Shown: positions 1 to 12,879, counted from the first letter of the stretch. The stretch is 64,000 nucleotides of DNA from Octopus sinensis (GCF_006345805.1 NC_043004.1:89838001-89902000); one strand, 5' to 3'. Notes: generated by a model from the sequence alone, not told the origin. Program-made: numbers and translations.

Positions 1-527
1 ACCTAAGGAGGACACTAACGAAGGCTCATAAGTGGAAATCCCCTGGTATTGATAGAGTACCAAATTTCTGGCTCTCACCACTCTCGTCCGCACACAAAAT
101 GTTAGTAATATTATTTAATAGTATTATGAAAGACCCGGAAAAACTCCCCATTGGATGGCAAATGGTATTACTTACCTCCTCCCCAAAAATAACGAAACGA
201 AAGACCCCAAAAACTACCGGCCTATAACATGTTTATCTACTACCTATAAGATTTTGACATCTATTCTAGTAGAGAAAACATATACGTTTATGGAAGAGAA
301 TAACCTCTTTCCCACTGAACAAAAAGGATGCAGACGTGGCTCATACGGATGCAAAGATCAGCTCCTAATTAATCGCATGATCCTTGAGAACTGCCATAAC
401 AAGCACAGAAATCTCAGCTCTTCATGGATTGATTATAAAACAGCCTTTGACAGCATACCACATTCGTGGATTCTGAAATCACTGGACATTTTCAAAATTT
501 CTCCTGTGATTACAGATTTTTTAAAGT
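1..527 (+). mobile_element. R4/Dong-like non-LTR retrotransposon, reverse transcriptase fragment
   Basis: Translations WKSPGIDRVPNFWL and LLPK..NYRPITCL..EQKGCRRGSYGCKDQLLIN..WIDYKTAFDSIPH match RT domains 0-3 of RLE-type LINEs. Same family as 55200-56880. Ends at a microsatellite. Confidence 0.85.
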
Positions 528-696
528 ATATGTCAAAGCATATGAAGAGAACAAGAGCAGATAGATTAATCATTAAATTATATAAGATATACATGCACAA
601 ACATATACAGACATATATATGATATATACTTACATACGATATATACATACATACATATACATATACATACATACATACATACATACATACATACAT

Positions 697-747
<51 letters not shown>

Positions 748-1867
748 GTAATGTTTTAAATATACCTTAAATGGTCTTCTTACATGCTGAACACTACTTG
801 GTAAAATTAATTAATAATTAATTGATTTTACCCTTTTATTATATATATATATACTTACACACTCATATATGTACATATATTCATGTATGCATACATGAGC
901 ATGTTTGGGTGGGTATAAGTATTATACTTACGATTAATGGTTTTCGTGTCTCGATTTTTAATATGTATATTTTTCTTTCTGAATCCTAAGATTTCTGTTC
1001 TTGCACATATAAACATTTGCATTGAGATGTCTTGGAGTCGCATCTTGAAAACCGCTCCATTTACAAGTTTGAGTGTATGTATGTGTGTGTGTTTGTGAGG
1101 GAATGTGCGCGTGCGCAAGCCTATGTGTTTGTGTTTTTGGGTGTGTATGTGCGTGTAGGTATATAAATATCTATATCTGTGTATATATATGTAGTATGTA
1201 TAAATACACGTTTATATATTAAAGTATATATATATGTATATATATATATCTATCTCTATCCTATCTTTCTCTTAATATATGTATATATGAGTGCGTGTAT
1301 ATGTACGTATAAATGTATGTATGTAAGTATCTATATATGAATATATATATGTATGCCTATGTATATAATATCCTTATCTGTTGACTAACTCTTGCTTGCT
1401 TCGAGCTATTCTCTATTCAAAAGTTTGCAAAAGTTTTTACTTCAATGTTGTGGGCATATTTCCTTACTTTCTCAGTGATTCTTCTCTAATTATTACATTT
1501 TCGGTCAGCGCTAAACAAATTAAAATTTTCTCTATGCACATAGCCAACCCTGTTAATGAGTGCTAAATTCGGCTGTTTCCTTTATCTGCCTTATTTTTGT
1601 CCTGCCAAAACGACCAATAAGTGTCAATGAGAAGAAGCGTAAGCCACCATCGCGTCTTTAATATCCCTAGTTAACGTGCAGAATGTAGAAAGCAGAACGG
1701 CGAATGTAAAAGATTATATATCACAGCTAAAGGCGCATTCTTGATTTTATTATTTGCTTTTCTTTAATATACTTTCGACTTCTTTTGTGCATATTGTCCT
1801 CTCGGTTGCCAACGGTTGGCATAGTGCACGAGTTTACCCGCCAGCTAAACTGTTCTGATGTGGCTAG

Positions 1868-1901
1868 TTACTCTACAACAACATGTTGTGGAGCTTCTGA
1901 A
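1868..1901 (-). CDS. Candidate terminal coding exon of an unidentified host gene (T+SEAPQHVVVE*)
   Basis: Acceptor tttatttcag at 1902-1911; frame-compatible with the phase-2 end of exon 3948-4021; TAA at 1868-1870. No homology recognised. Confidence 0.3.
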
Positions 1902-2169
1902 CTGAAATAAACGGAAATATGCATAGTTAGAAGGAATATTAAAGAATAAAGATAAAATGTTATAGCAGGAACAGAATGACGACAATAGCAATAGCAAAAT
2001 TATCGGTAATATAATAACATTAGCTTAAGGTGACCCGCTCTACATGCGAGTGATGTTGTGGTTGTTACTTTCTGTTTCTTATCGCCACATTCTCCTTCTT
2101 TGTTTCTCTCTTTCTCCCTTTTCCACTCTCTTACTCTTTCTTTCTCTCGGACTCTCTCTCGCTTCTCTT

Positions 2170-2483
2170 ACTCTATCTATCTCTCTGACATTTATAAAAA
2201 AATTATATTTCCGCGTTTAAATTAGAAATCCGCTTCAACTTTACCATGTTGAAAATTTGATTGAAATCGGGCAAAAGGTGTCCGATCTAGGCTCCCGCCA
2301 AATCAATAAAATCTCCGTTTTCACACCAAAGCAACCACTGTAGCGCTCCAAAACGTCTCCCAATCAACTTCCCACCTCAAATTACCCCCTCCTGTAAATC
2401 TTAATCCCCTTCCAGCCCCATTTAGACCCCTTTTTACATAAAAGTCCAATTTGTATCAATGTTCGCCTTCTACATTTTATAGA
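2170..2483 (-). mobile_element. Non-autonomous Helitron 5' portion
   Basis: Minus strand starts TCTATAAAATG at 2483. Carries the 'aaatttgattgaaatcgg' motif shared with Helitron heads at 18.1, 21.7 and 46.5 kb. Confidence 0.5.
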
Positions 2484-3180
2484 TTAGGCAGATATACCGG
2501 GCCTTGCTCGGGATTAAAATAGTTTATTATTGTTTTACTTGTTTCGGCATTATAACCCGATTTCATTCGGGTCTACGCGGGCCACATTTTAAAAGATGAG
2601 TAATTTTGCCCTAGAGGCGATGCCTTTCAATTGAGCAAACTCAAAGTTGCCATGCAAACTCGCTAGCACTTTTAACATAGGTGTGCATATTTTCAGCGAT
2701 TAGAAAGAAGCCTTATGTAGCCTTATCTTCAAATCCCAAACAATTGAGTCAGAAATATGTCAAAATTGATTTTAATTATAAAAATCTATTCTAACTACAT
2801 GTTAAATACCATAAAAATTTCAGAATATAAATTGGTAGAAAAATATGGAACGATTTGAGTGGAAACATGAGGGATAATGAGGGGTAAAATCATTAAAAAT
2901 AAAAAAAAATTGTTTAATTTGTTCCTTGGTTGGTTTTGAGGACCGTTGTTCTGAAATGGTCCCTTTCTTTTGGCAGGGTTGCTAAATATATGTTAAAAGC
3001 AAACAATTATTTGAGTGCTATGTGAAAGAGTTTCTGTTAAAGAACTTACAAAGTTACTCTTTTGACCGAAGGGACGGCGGCCACCAGAGTTTGCTTAGTT
3101 CGATTTCTGAGTTGGCTATATTTATTTAAAAAAATAAAACTATATGCAGTACACGTGCATCAAATTTCTGTTTTATACAT
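2484..3180 (-). mobile_element. Non-autonomous Helitron 3' end (hairpin + CTAA); left boundary exact, right boundary approximate
   Basis: Minus strand CCCGAGCAAGGCCCGG imperfect hairpin (2497-2512), then TATATCTGC and CTAA (2487-2484). Near copy of the terminus at 19493-19520. Confidence 0.55.
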
Positions 3181-3514
3181 GTGTTTATCAGTGTGTGCCA
3201 CGTTTTAACAAATACTGGTTAACCAAAAAAGAAAAAGAATAAATGGTTACTATAAAAAGATTTAAAAACAGTATTCTAACATGAGCTCTTTCGCTCGTCG
3301 GACGGGATGTAAACCCCTTGTATTCCGCATGTGTGATTGTCTGTGACAGAAAAAATAAGAAAAAGAAGTCCAATTAAGAATAAGATTTTTCTGTCTGATT
3401 ACAAATGGAAAAATAATTATTTTTAAAAGGAACCGCACAGCATAAAAAAAAAAAACAAAAAAAAAAACAAATCGGTACGAATGAAAATGATAAATTATTT
3501 AATAAACTTACACT

Positions 3515-3752
3515 TAGGCGTAGGAGTGGCTGCGTGGTAAGTAGCTTATCTACCAACCACATGGTTCCTGGTTCAGTCCAACTGCGTGTCTTCTACTATA
3601 GCCTTGTGAGTGGATTTGGTAGACGGAAACTGAAAGAGACCGATAGAATAAGTACTGGGCTTACAAAAGAATAAGTCCCGGGGTCGAGTTGCTCGATTAA
3701 AGGCGGTGCTCCAGCATGGCCGCAGTCAAATGACTGAAAAGAGTAAAAGAGT
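3515..3752 (+). mobile_element. tRNA-derived SINE family A (GGCGTAGGAGTGGCTG head; CORE-like), internally deleted
   Basis: A/B-box-like head and shared 3' end gcggtgctccagcatggccgcagtcaaatgactgaaa; many copies in the window. Confidence 0.85.
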
Positions 3753-3947
3753 ACAGTTTTATGGAAAGCTTTGAATTATTTCTAAAGGTTCCATTAGAAC
3801 CTTGTCGACTGGGCGAAAACTAAGTTAATTCAGAAAAAAAAACAAAAAACAAAAACAAACCAATAGCATAATGAAGAAGATGATAAAAGAGTATGGCAAA
3901 CTCACAGCTGAACGTGTTTTTCTTTTTTTTTTTCCTGTTTTCATTAC

Positions 3948-4021
3948 ATTTCCGATGGCCCCGTGGCCCAATCGTAAAACATTCTTTGCCTACGTAGCCA
4001 CTCTTCAGCATCAGTTAGACG
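3948..4021 (-). CDS. Candidate internal exon (RLTDAEEWLRRQRMFYDWATGPSE)
   Basis: Acceptor gttactttttag, donor gtaatg, 74 bp open frame with protein-like composition. Confidence 0.45.
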
Positions 4022-4422
4022 CTAAAAAGTAACACAAATTAAAGGTTACATTGTGATGATGATAGAAGGAAAAAGGATGCATGGTGGTTATAAGAAAGTT
4101 TCTTCAACAGAACCACGTTCTTAAATAATTTAACTATGAAATCAAATTAAAAGACAGCAACACGCAAAAGGTGTAAAATGAAAAGCCAACCCTCAGAGTC
4201 GAATAGCGACTCGAGGAATTAACGGAAGACGTTAATTAACGGAAGACTTGGAACCTGTTATAAAGCATGAAAAATAAAAATCCCGATCGAGTATTTGACA
4301 CATTAATTGGAAAAGGTTAAGTTTAAAAAAATAGCAAGCGCAAAGGAAAATCGTGAAACCAGAAATTTAAGTAGATAGAACAAATTTGCGTCAAATAAGT
4401 TAACAAAAGAGTCAAAACATAC

Positions 4423-4484
4423 CCTTCTGTTTAATGTTTCTTGGCGTCCAAGCAGATGAGGCTCGCTGTGTGTGCGTTGCATCG
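4423..4484 (-). CDS. Candidate internal exon (MQRTHSEPHLLGRQETLNRR)
   Basis: Acceptor cattttcag, donor gtatgt, 62 bp; ends in phase 0 and joins in frame to 3948-4021. Confidence 0.45.
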
Positions 4485-5228
4485 CTGAAAATGAGTGGTA
4501 AAATAAAGCGTAGACACGTACTCGGTTAAACAGATATAAACAGTTCAAATAAGAAGGGGACCAATGTATTAATGTAGCATTGTTTTATTGGTTTAAAACG
4601 AAAGAGGCAATGCATTTATTTCTAAAAAAAAAAAAAGAAAGCAAACGTCCGCCAATGGGAAGACAGTTCATATTCGATAAGAGCACTCTGGGTATAATCA
4701 TAGAATTGAAAAATGGGATTTCGGTGGCGAATATTGTCGAGGACTCTAAAAAAATTTTTAACGCGCAGGAAGATAGTTTAAACCAAAAAAGGCAGACTGA
4801 AAACTCACATCTGCAATAATGTATGAAATTAGAATTCACACCCAGCTCAGTTTTGTAGAAAGATTATCGCGACGTGAACGCATGAGTTGGGAGTTTGACT
4901 GACAGAGGTTATATGGTGACACATGCCAGTCCTTTCGACACCACCTAAACAATGGAACAGTGTATAAAATGTAATTAACAACTCATTCACTTTATGAATG
5001 TCTTATGTTGGCGAAGAAACAATAACTTGACAAAACCGTTCAATGGAGACGTAGAAGGAATCGGAAAATAAGGAATAAAGAGACGAATGAGTTGGATCAA
5101 ATGTTTGCAAACATCTTAACCCAATCTTCTTTATGAACCATGTTCTTTTTAATGTCTTTATTTTCAAAAATGAAGAGGTAATCAAGACGTGCAGAAGAAA
5201 AACTCAAGCAAAATCTCATGACTTACAA

Positions 5229-8200
5229 TCAATCTTGTTTTGTAAGAGCCTCCTGATAAACTACGTTCCTTGTGCGCTCATGATCGTCAAGAATGAAGAG
5301 GTTATGCGGATTTCCAACTCGAGAACAGGCTACGTACAACTGAACATGACTGAAGACCGGTTGTGACAGGTTAACGCCTACAATGTCCAGTGATTGTCCC
5401 TGTGACTTGTTGATTGTCATCGCGAAGCATAGTTTTATCGGAAATTGATAGCGTTTAAACTGAATGGGAACATCAGAGGGTGAAATACTCATTTTATGTA
5501 TCATCTTCATTGTTCCTACGAATGGTCCACTCAAAGTTTCAGCAGTTATAACATGGCTCTGAATCCTCCTTATAACCATTCGGGTTCCATTGCGTATTTC
5601 AGGCGTTTCCATATTTCTGAGCACCATGATTGGAGCACCAACTCTCAAACACAAATGATGAGGTGGAAGCCCCGGAGGTGTTAGCTTGTTGAGTAGCTCG
5701 GGTGGATATTTGATTGCATCATTCTCATCTTTATTTGTATCGATGGACATGAAAGAAACTTCCTCACCAGGAATCATATCAAGCACTTGTTTATTAGTAG
5801 CATCAGATGCTGTATTATGAGGCGATAGAATAGCTCTCGTCCTTAGCCAATCGAGATCCTGGAAGTTGGTTTCGACGTCAGGTAAAACCGCCCTTATAAG
5901 GTCTTCTACATTTGGAACGAAATTGCCAAAAGGCAACCGAATATGCTCATCATCAACCAAAGGCAAAAATCCATCACCAAGATCTAATAGCTGTTTTGCG
6001 AAAGCCTCAGACTCCACATCACCACGTAGGTGGACTCTCATGTTTGTTTCAAGATGACGACTGATTACACTGTGCCACACATAAGAATGCTTTATACATG
6101 CATTAACCTCATCGGCTCGAGTGCCTGCTCGGACAACAAGAAGAGTTTGTCGAAAATCTCTTGCCATGAGAAACGTAACTCCACCCATTATTCTTGTATT
6201 GCGACGAAAATCTTGGAGGGTTCTGTCAAGAGCCTCAAACATGGCCTTATTACTCATTGTAGCCTCATCCCAAATAAAAAGACTGTATTCACGAAGAAGT
6301 CTTGCTCTTGAGGACCTACGATCTATATTACATATAGGATTATCTTTTTTTCCAATGTCCATGGGCAATTTGAATGCACAATGTGCCGTACGGCCGCCTT
6401 GAAGCAGTGTCGCCGCAATACCACTGGAGGCACATGCAATGGCAATTCGACGTTCAGCGCGCAGTTTTGCGAGAATCAAACTGATAAGGAAAGTTTTACC
6501 AGTACCACCTGGAGCATTCAAAAAGAAAAGCTTTCCTTGGTTCAATCTAACGCTGTCAAGAATTTCATTATAAATCTTTCTTTGTTCAGGCAAAAGTCTT
6601 GGTTCATCTCGCATAATCGTTTCCGTCAATTCGGCAATGTAGTTTTTTCCGACATGTATTCAACATCCAAAGGCGCTTCATGATGGACAGGTGTTGGCAG
6701 ATGGAATTCACTTAAACCGCGTATAACATAAGGTCTGATGTGTCTGTCCATGTCGATTAATGCCTCATTATAAACATCGTCGTTGCCATCACGTAGCCCT
6801 AAATTAGCCTGTATGTCCTTTGACAGGCTCTGTCTGAACGATTCCCAAAGGTTAAGAGGGTTGCTGGGATTACAGTGGATTAATATGCTACAAAACAATC
6901 GACGCATTTGCCATGGCATTTTACAATTTGAGGCCTCTGCTAGTGTCCTGTGTAAGTGGTCGTCATTGAGAAGTAGTCCGCGCCTCAAACATGCTTCCCC
7001 GTAAGTGTCGCAGATGACACCATCAAACGTGCGAAGATCAGCAAAAGACTTCGGGCCAGTAACTACATGAAGCAGCATTCTCAAAAAGAAGAGTTCCTGT
7101 TTGGTAGGATGAATATTATACACATGCCCAATGACATTCTTCCTAGAAACACCGGGCCAATTGTCAAGTTCTGTTCCATGTGACCTGCGCTTCCATTTAT
7201 TGTTGTTGCATGTGTAATATTCCGGTACTTCAGGGTGAATGAGAGTAGCAGCAAACTCATCAACTGAACACAATTCAAAAAACGCTGTAAGCGTAGTCCC
7301 TTTTGGATTTTCAATGGCTTCACGTGCATTTTTCTCTGTGAAGTAAACCAACTGTCTATTCTCTAAATGAACATTCAGATGGAAAACTGATGGTGAGCTT
7401 AGATGAATCTCGTATCCAAAAATGCGCCACGCTGCATAATTGGAAGATACATACCTACCCAAAACGAATTGTTTAATCTCATCATGTCTAAGGTCTTCAT
7501 CACTGAACACAAACACGGCCATATCATCGTCCTTATTAATGCACATGCAGGGGTATTGTATGCATCTCACCGAACTGCAGTACTCAACATTAATGTGCGT
7601 ATTAAATGTTTTTGAAAGCAAAACGTTGAATGGAACAATCCAGGCATTATCAGCATCGAATGTCATTAACCGGTGTCTAACTCTAGCTTTCCGGCCACCA
7701 AAACCTGGGTCACGGCTTCGGTAGATGGGATAGCCGTCATTCGAAGTACAGGTTTGACCGCAATAATCTCTAGGGCACCGCTTCGAACATCTTTTATTCT
7801 TCATGCATGGACTTATCGGATTAAGGTCACCACATGGACCGTGAATCATATGCTTTGTAACACTGCTGTGCAGCTGGGGATCAGCATTTGGATCGGGCAA
7901 CTCAGCAGATATAATTTTGTCAATATCAGCAGGGTGGATTCTATCCTGGCACCGGGCTAGCATATGAACGTGTGGAAGACCTCTCTTCTGCCATTCCACA
8001 GTATACATCCAAGCAGACAGTGGGCCAAAAATATGCACAACCTTCAGTAAAAACAGCATTTTGATCAACTTAGCATGAAAACACGCGCCACAATGTCGTG
8101 TCTGTGCTCTGGCAGCTGCCCAGTGAACACATTCTCCTTAATCTTTGGCCAGGTAGGATTGCAGGTAAATGTAATGAAGAGATCCGGCTTTCCAAACTTA

Positions 8201-9836
8201 CCGAGGTATGCCATTGCGTCCTGCATTCGTTTATTCATATACCGAGGTGAGCCAACAAATGTTGAAGGGAGAATAATACGCTTTCCAACGTTGGCTGCAT
8301 CACCGTCTTGCCGCATTGCATCCTCTAGATTAACGTATTCTGTCGCTCTCAATTGGTCCTGGTGAGAACGAATGTATTTTAAACGTTTGGACTCAACTTT
8401 ACAATACATGTAGACAAAAAACTGATTGGTCAAAGAATGGCACCTTAGTACTAAATTAAAATCGTTTTCTCGCACCATGAGTCGATAGGCGTAAAATGCC
8501 TTGCAGGAAACCTTCTTGTAAAGAAGTCTGAGAATTGTAGGATCAACCTTTTTAATTTCTAAGTGGTATCCATCCTCTCCATGAGGAAAAAGGAGAGGGT
8601 ACTGCAAGCAATCATAACATCGGTGTAATTCGGAAACAAAAGTCACGTCTTTATCGCGGTGCCGGAGGATTATGTCGCGCTTTCCATGGACCTCATCGAC
8701 CATGAGTGCTGCAACCTCATTCGTAGTTGGAGCGTTGAAACGACCAGGATGCTCACCAGCAGGAGTTTTGTCGGCAGGAGTATCACCAATTTTAAATGAG
8801 GTTGAGAATCCAACGTTTCCATAGCATTTTTGAACTCACGAACGTAAGGATGAGTCTCGTGGAGCATCCTCTGAAGTACTTGAATAACACCCTGCTCAAG
8901 TTTTGGATTATTTTTTTTCCTGATAGCAAGTTTTTTATCGTAACCACCAACAAAGAAAATCTGCATGAATCTAGGCTCTTTTCCAGGCATCGGCCGAAGA
9001 CTTCCCATTTGATGGTAGCACTGTCCATGAATTTTGTAGGTGTAAAAATGTTCATACTTCTCTGAATCATGATTAGGCTTCCTAAAAGGTCCGGGGGCAT
9101 CGGGGCTTTCGATCACTGTTCTCGCAACAGCCCTTGAAGGTCCAGGGACATCGGGGTTTTCCGTTATTGGTGTCGTAACAGCCCTTGAAGGTCCGGGGAC
9201 ATCGAGATTTTCAGTCGTTGTCGAAGCAGCAGTTGAAGGTCGTGGCACATTTGGGTTTTTGGTGGTCTTTTTTAAACCTGGTATGCTCGTTGTTCCAAAG
9301 CATGTCATTGCGAAGCACGAATTAAACCTATTAATTCTTTCACGAAAATGCTTAGCACCGTCAGATGGACTTGTAAGCAATTCTCGAAGAACCTGAGATG
9401 GATCAGCTAGCGGTGGGAGTCGGACTTTTCCTTTAGAGCAGCAAAAACCGGGAGCATCGAAATCCCACTTTTTCGCCCCACAGGAGGAACAAATTTTGTC
9501 CATCTTTCCGATTGTCACTTTGTCGTTGCTGGCATAGTCTTTAGCAGGATCGTAGGTGAAGGCGGCCCTGGACCAGAAATCGTCCCTCTTAGCAGCCTTG
9601 GGTTGCTGGAGTTTTCGTCGCGCTGTAGACCGTCTAACTTGTCTCTGCTCTGCAATCTGGTTGGGGTTTCTTTGTTGTACTTGAATGCGCTCGGCAGAGA
9701 GACGTGCCTCCCTTTCATCATGTGTCTCAGCAAGTCTCGCCATTCGGCTTCTTTCACGTTGGGCAGCGAGACGTGCCTCCCTTTCATCATGTGTCTCAGC
9801 ATCTACAACAGTGAGTAGTCGCTGCCGCGGAAACAA
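5229..9836 (-). mobile_element. Degenerate autonomous-type Helitron: RepHel (HUH Rep + PIF1-like helicase) broken by frameshifts near 8700, 8067 and 6627
   Basis: Rep motifs FGKPDLFITFTCNP and YTVEWQKRGLPHVHML. Motif 3 reads YPCMC (second Tyr lost). Helicase motifs APGGTGKT, WDEATM, RDFRQ, FAMTINKSQGQS, HVQLYVACSRV. N-terminal ETHDEREARL repeats and CxxC..CC zinc finger. Confidence 0.93.
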
Positions 9837-10254
9837 GTGTAGGTCATTATAATATACTGTATATAGCTAAAACATTTGTGGATGTGCAAGCCTCCATACT
9901 CTTTATTATTATTAATATTTAATTATTTTAATTCTAATTATAGTAATTCTAAAGAATAATCTTATATAATGATATATAAATGTAAACTCGGAAACTTAAT
10001 GATGGTGTACGGTATAGAAACAAATTTTGTGATTTGCTGTTAGATCCTAGTATTTTCCATCCTCGTGTTATATTATTTTTATATTAATACTATACAATAG
10101 TGGATTTCCACATGTTTATCCAGCCTTGGACAATATCCTGCTGTAGAACATGTGGTAGTCAATAACGGCATAGGAGCTCTTAAATGCACGCTACGTGGTT
10201 ATTACCCGAATTATACTAAATGTGTTTGGGGGTCAATAAAGTAACTAACAGGAT

Positions 10255-10376
10255 GCCACCGGGACCAACTTCAGCTTTCAATCTTTCGGAGTCGATAAAA
10301 TAAGTACCAGTTGAACACTGGTGTCGATGTAATCGACTTACTCCTGACCCCGAAACTAGTGGCCTTGTGCCAAAAT
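10255..10376 (+). mobile_element. SINE family B fragment
   Basis: cttcagctttcaatctttcggagtcgataaaataagtaccagt central domain shared with full copies. Confidence 0.7.
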
Positions 10377-10713
10377 TGTATCTGTTCTGCTTAATGGGAA
10401 GATATTAAAGAAATTGTTATCTTCATGACTATTGTTAAAGAGACATTCCTAAAAAGGATGCTATTTGATCGACTGAAAAGTTGATGAGAGGAACGTATCA
10501 TAATATTACATGGAAAAATTCGAGCAACAGAAAGGATATTCTTAAGATTATAAACCTGGAAAAATACAGGACAAGTTATTACACTTGGAAAAAGTTCAGG
10601 ATAAGTTATTACATCTGGTAAACTACAGAACAAGAACATCTATATTTAAGAGATGAGGAATTATGTACATTATTTACATTTGACGGATATTTGTCCTCAT
10701 CTTGTTCGTTGTT

Positions 10714-10762
10714 AACACAACGTTTCGGTTGATGTACTACCCTCCAGCCTTCATCAGGTGTC
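10714..10762 (-). ncRNA. Minimal type I hammerhead ribozyme motif (PLE pLTR-type) in a non-autonomous repeat at ~10646-10810
   Basis: Minus strand GACAC CTGATGA A GGCTG-13nt-CAACC GAAA CG T T GTGTT: canonical core, palindromic ACGT stem III, 5-bp stem I, one mismatch in stem II. Confidence 0.7.
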
Positions 10763-10826
10763 TTGGGGAAATTTAGAACCTGGGTTCTCATTCCTAAGGT
10801 ATTTTTCGATGTTGTTGTTGTTGTTG

Positions 10827-10888
<62 letters not shown>

Positions 10889-11451
10889 GGGTTGAGACTA
10901 CGCACCTTCATTGGTCAGTTAAAGTTGAGACAGTGTCACGTGACAACTTGCTGGGGCTGCCTGCTGGAGCCTAGCAGCAGGTATTTAAAGGGAAATTTCA
11001 CAAGACAGTCAGTCGCCCGCTGACACTCGTTGATGCTACATAGAAGAGTCCAGGCAACAGAAGAAAGAAGAAAGAAGACATGCACCCATCACCAGAGCTG
11101 AAGACACCTCCAAAAGGGGAGGAGGGCGCCACATCAAAACGGTAGAGGTGTAGGGGCCGAAACCGGACGTGGTTCCTCCTAATGATGTCTTGAGCTAACT
11201 GGATCCTATAAAGGAGATGTTGTGGGAGCAGACCACGAAACACGGTTGAAATTCCCCAGATACTGACTGCTGGGAAAGACTTGCTGACATCCAGAAAGAA
11301 GGATGACAAAGCGGAGAGACGCTTGACAGTACGACAGCGTAACGAAGAATCAAATGGGATTGCAGCCCGATCCGGAGTAAAACTGCAACAAAAAAGCATG
11401 GAAAATCATGCCCCCATGATCCCGGACCACGGTTACCCATTTTACCTTTAT

Positions 11452-11680
11452 GGCGGCGAGCTGGCAGAAACGTTAGCACGCCGGGCGAAATGCTTAGCGG
11501 TATTTCGTCTGCGTTACGTTGTGAGTTCAAATTCCGCCGAGGTCGACTTTGCCTTTCATCCTTTCGGGGTCGATAAATTAAGTACCAGTTGCGCACTGGG
11601 GTCGATGTAATCGACTTAATACCTATGTCTGTCCTTGTTTGTCCCCTCTGGTTTAGCCCCTTGTGGGTAATAAAGAAATA
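11452..11680 (+). mobile_element. tRNA-derived SINE family B (GGCGAGCTGGCAGAAACGTTAGC head), full length with 20-bp TSD
   Basis: TSD ggttacccattttac(c/t)ttta at 11431-11450 and 11681-11700. Confidence 0.92.
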
Positions 11681-11700
11681 GGTTACCCATTTTACTTTTA

Positions 11701-12848
11701 CATAAGAGAAAATTGGAAAAGATACCTGGATGACTGTTTTATTATTTGGAAGGAGAACATCGACAAACTTTTGGATTTCTAATTAACACTAAATGATATA
11801 AATATTAACATTCAACTCACAATGGAATATAACAAAGAACGGCTTCCATTTTTAGACATCAGGATAAAAAAAGTCAACAATCAAATTATAACTGACATCT
11901 ATTATAAACCAACTGACTCAAAACAATATCTCCTCTTTAGCTCATGCCACCCGAAACACATCAAAATAAATATCCCTTTCAATTTGGCAAAAAGGATTTG
12001 CACAATAGTGTCTGATAGAACTACTCGGGACCTTCGTCTTCAAGACCTCAAAACAACGCTTACTAAAAGACAATATCCACCCTCAAGAGGGAATTAAACG
12101 TGCCAAAAAATTAGGCATAAAAACGCTAAGAACACCACACCTCATCTCAAAACACTTCTGTTTATATCAACACACGACCCCAGAAACAGTGAGGCATTCA
12201 ACACTTGTGCAAAATCTCCCTTTACTAACTAGAGATCCTAAAATAAACGACATCCTGAAAATGCACAAACTCATCAAATGCAAAAAGCAACACAGGTCGC
12301 TAAAGAGACTGCTAACTAATGGGAAGCTTTACAAAACAACCACGAAACCAACGGTTAAAAAATGTGGACGCCCAAACTGTGGAGCCCGCCCCAACTTGCT
12401 TGAAGGCTCGGTTTTCCTTTTCAAACAAGGAGAGAGGTTCACAATTAAAACTAGCTTCACTTGCGCCTCTGAGAACCTAATTTATGTAATAACCTGTTCG
12501 GGTTGTGGACACAACTATATTCGACTGACTAGTATGACCCTGAGACGGAGAACCACTCTACATAAAGAGCAAATCCGTTTACTGCAATACAGGCAAATTC
12601 CTGTCAGTGAACATATAGAAAAATGTGCAGATAACTTCACACCAAATTTCACAGTCTTCCCCTTCTACGAGTGCAAAGACACAATTTCTCCACAAGAACG
12701 TTTAAATAAAGAAACTTTTTTCATCGAAAAATACAGAATACGTCTTAATATGCACGCATAACCAACTTTTATCTTTTTACATATTTCAATTCACGATTAC
12801 ATCACAGTACATAAATCCCCTCACTAAACAAGTTTTTCGAAACTTTTT

Positions 12849-12879
<31 letters not shown>

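Noticed and set aside
1850-1905. Possible C/D snoRNA (CTGATGT...CTGA)
   Set aside because: Box C has two mismatches, and the opposite strand is better explained as a terminal exon.
2484-9836. Single large Helitron capturing the 3.9-4.9 kb exons by using the 3' end at 2484
   Set aside because: Nothing ties that terminus to the RepHel copy; it more likely belongs to a short non-autonomous element. It would need a second genomic copy to support.
10890-11430. GC-richer segment resembling an LTR (TGTCACGTGAC..TATTTAAA..CTACA) plus gag
   Set aside because: No PBS, second LTR or recognisable protein motif; left unclassified.
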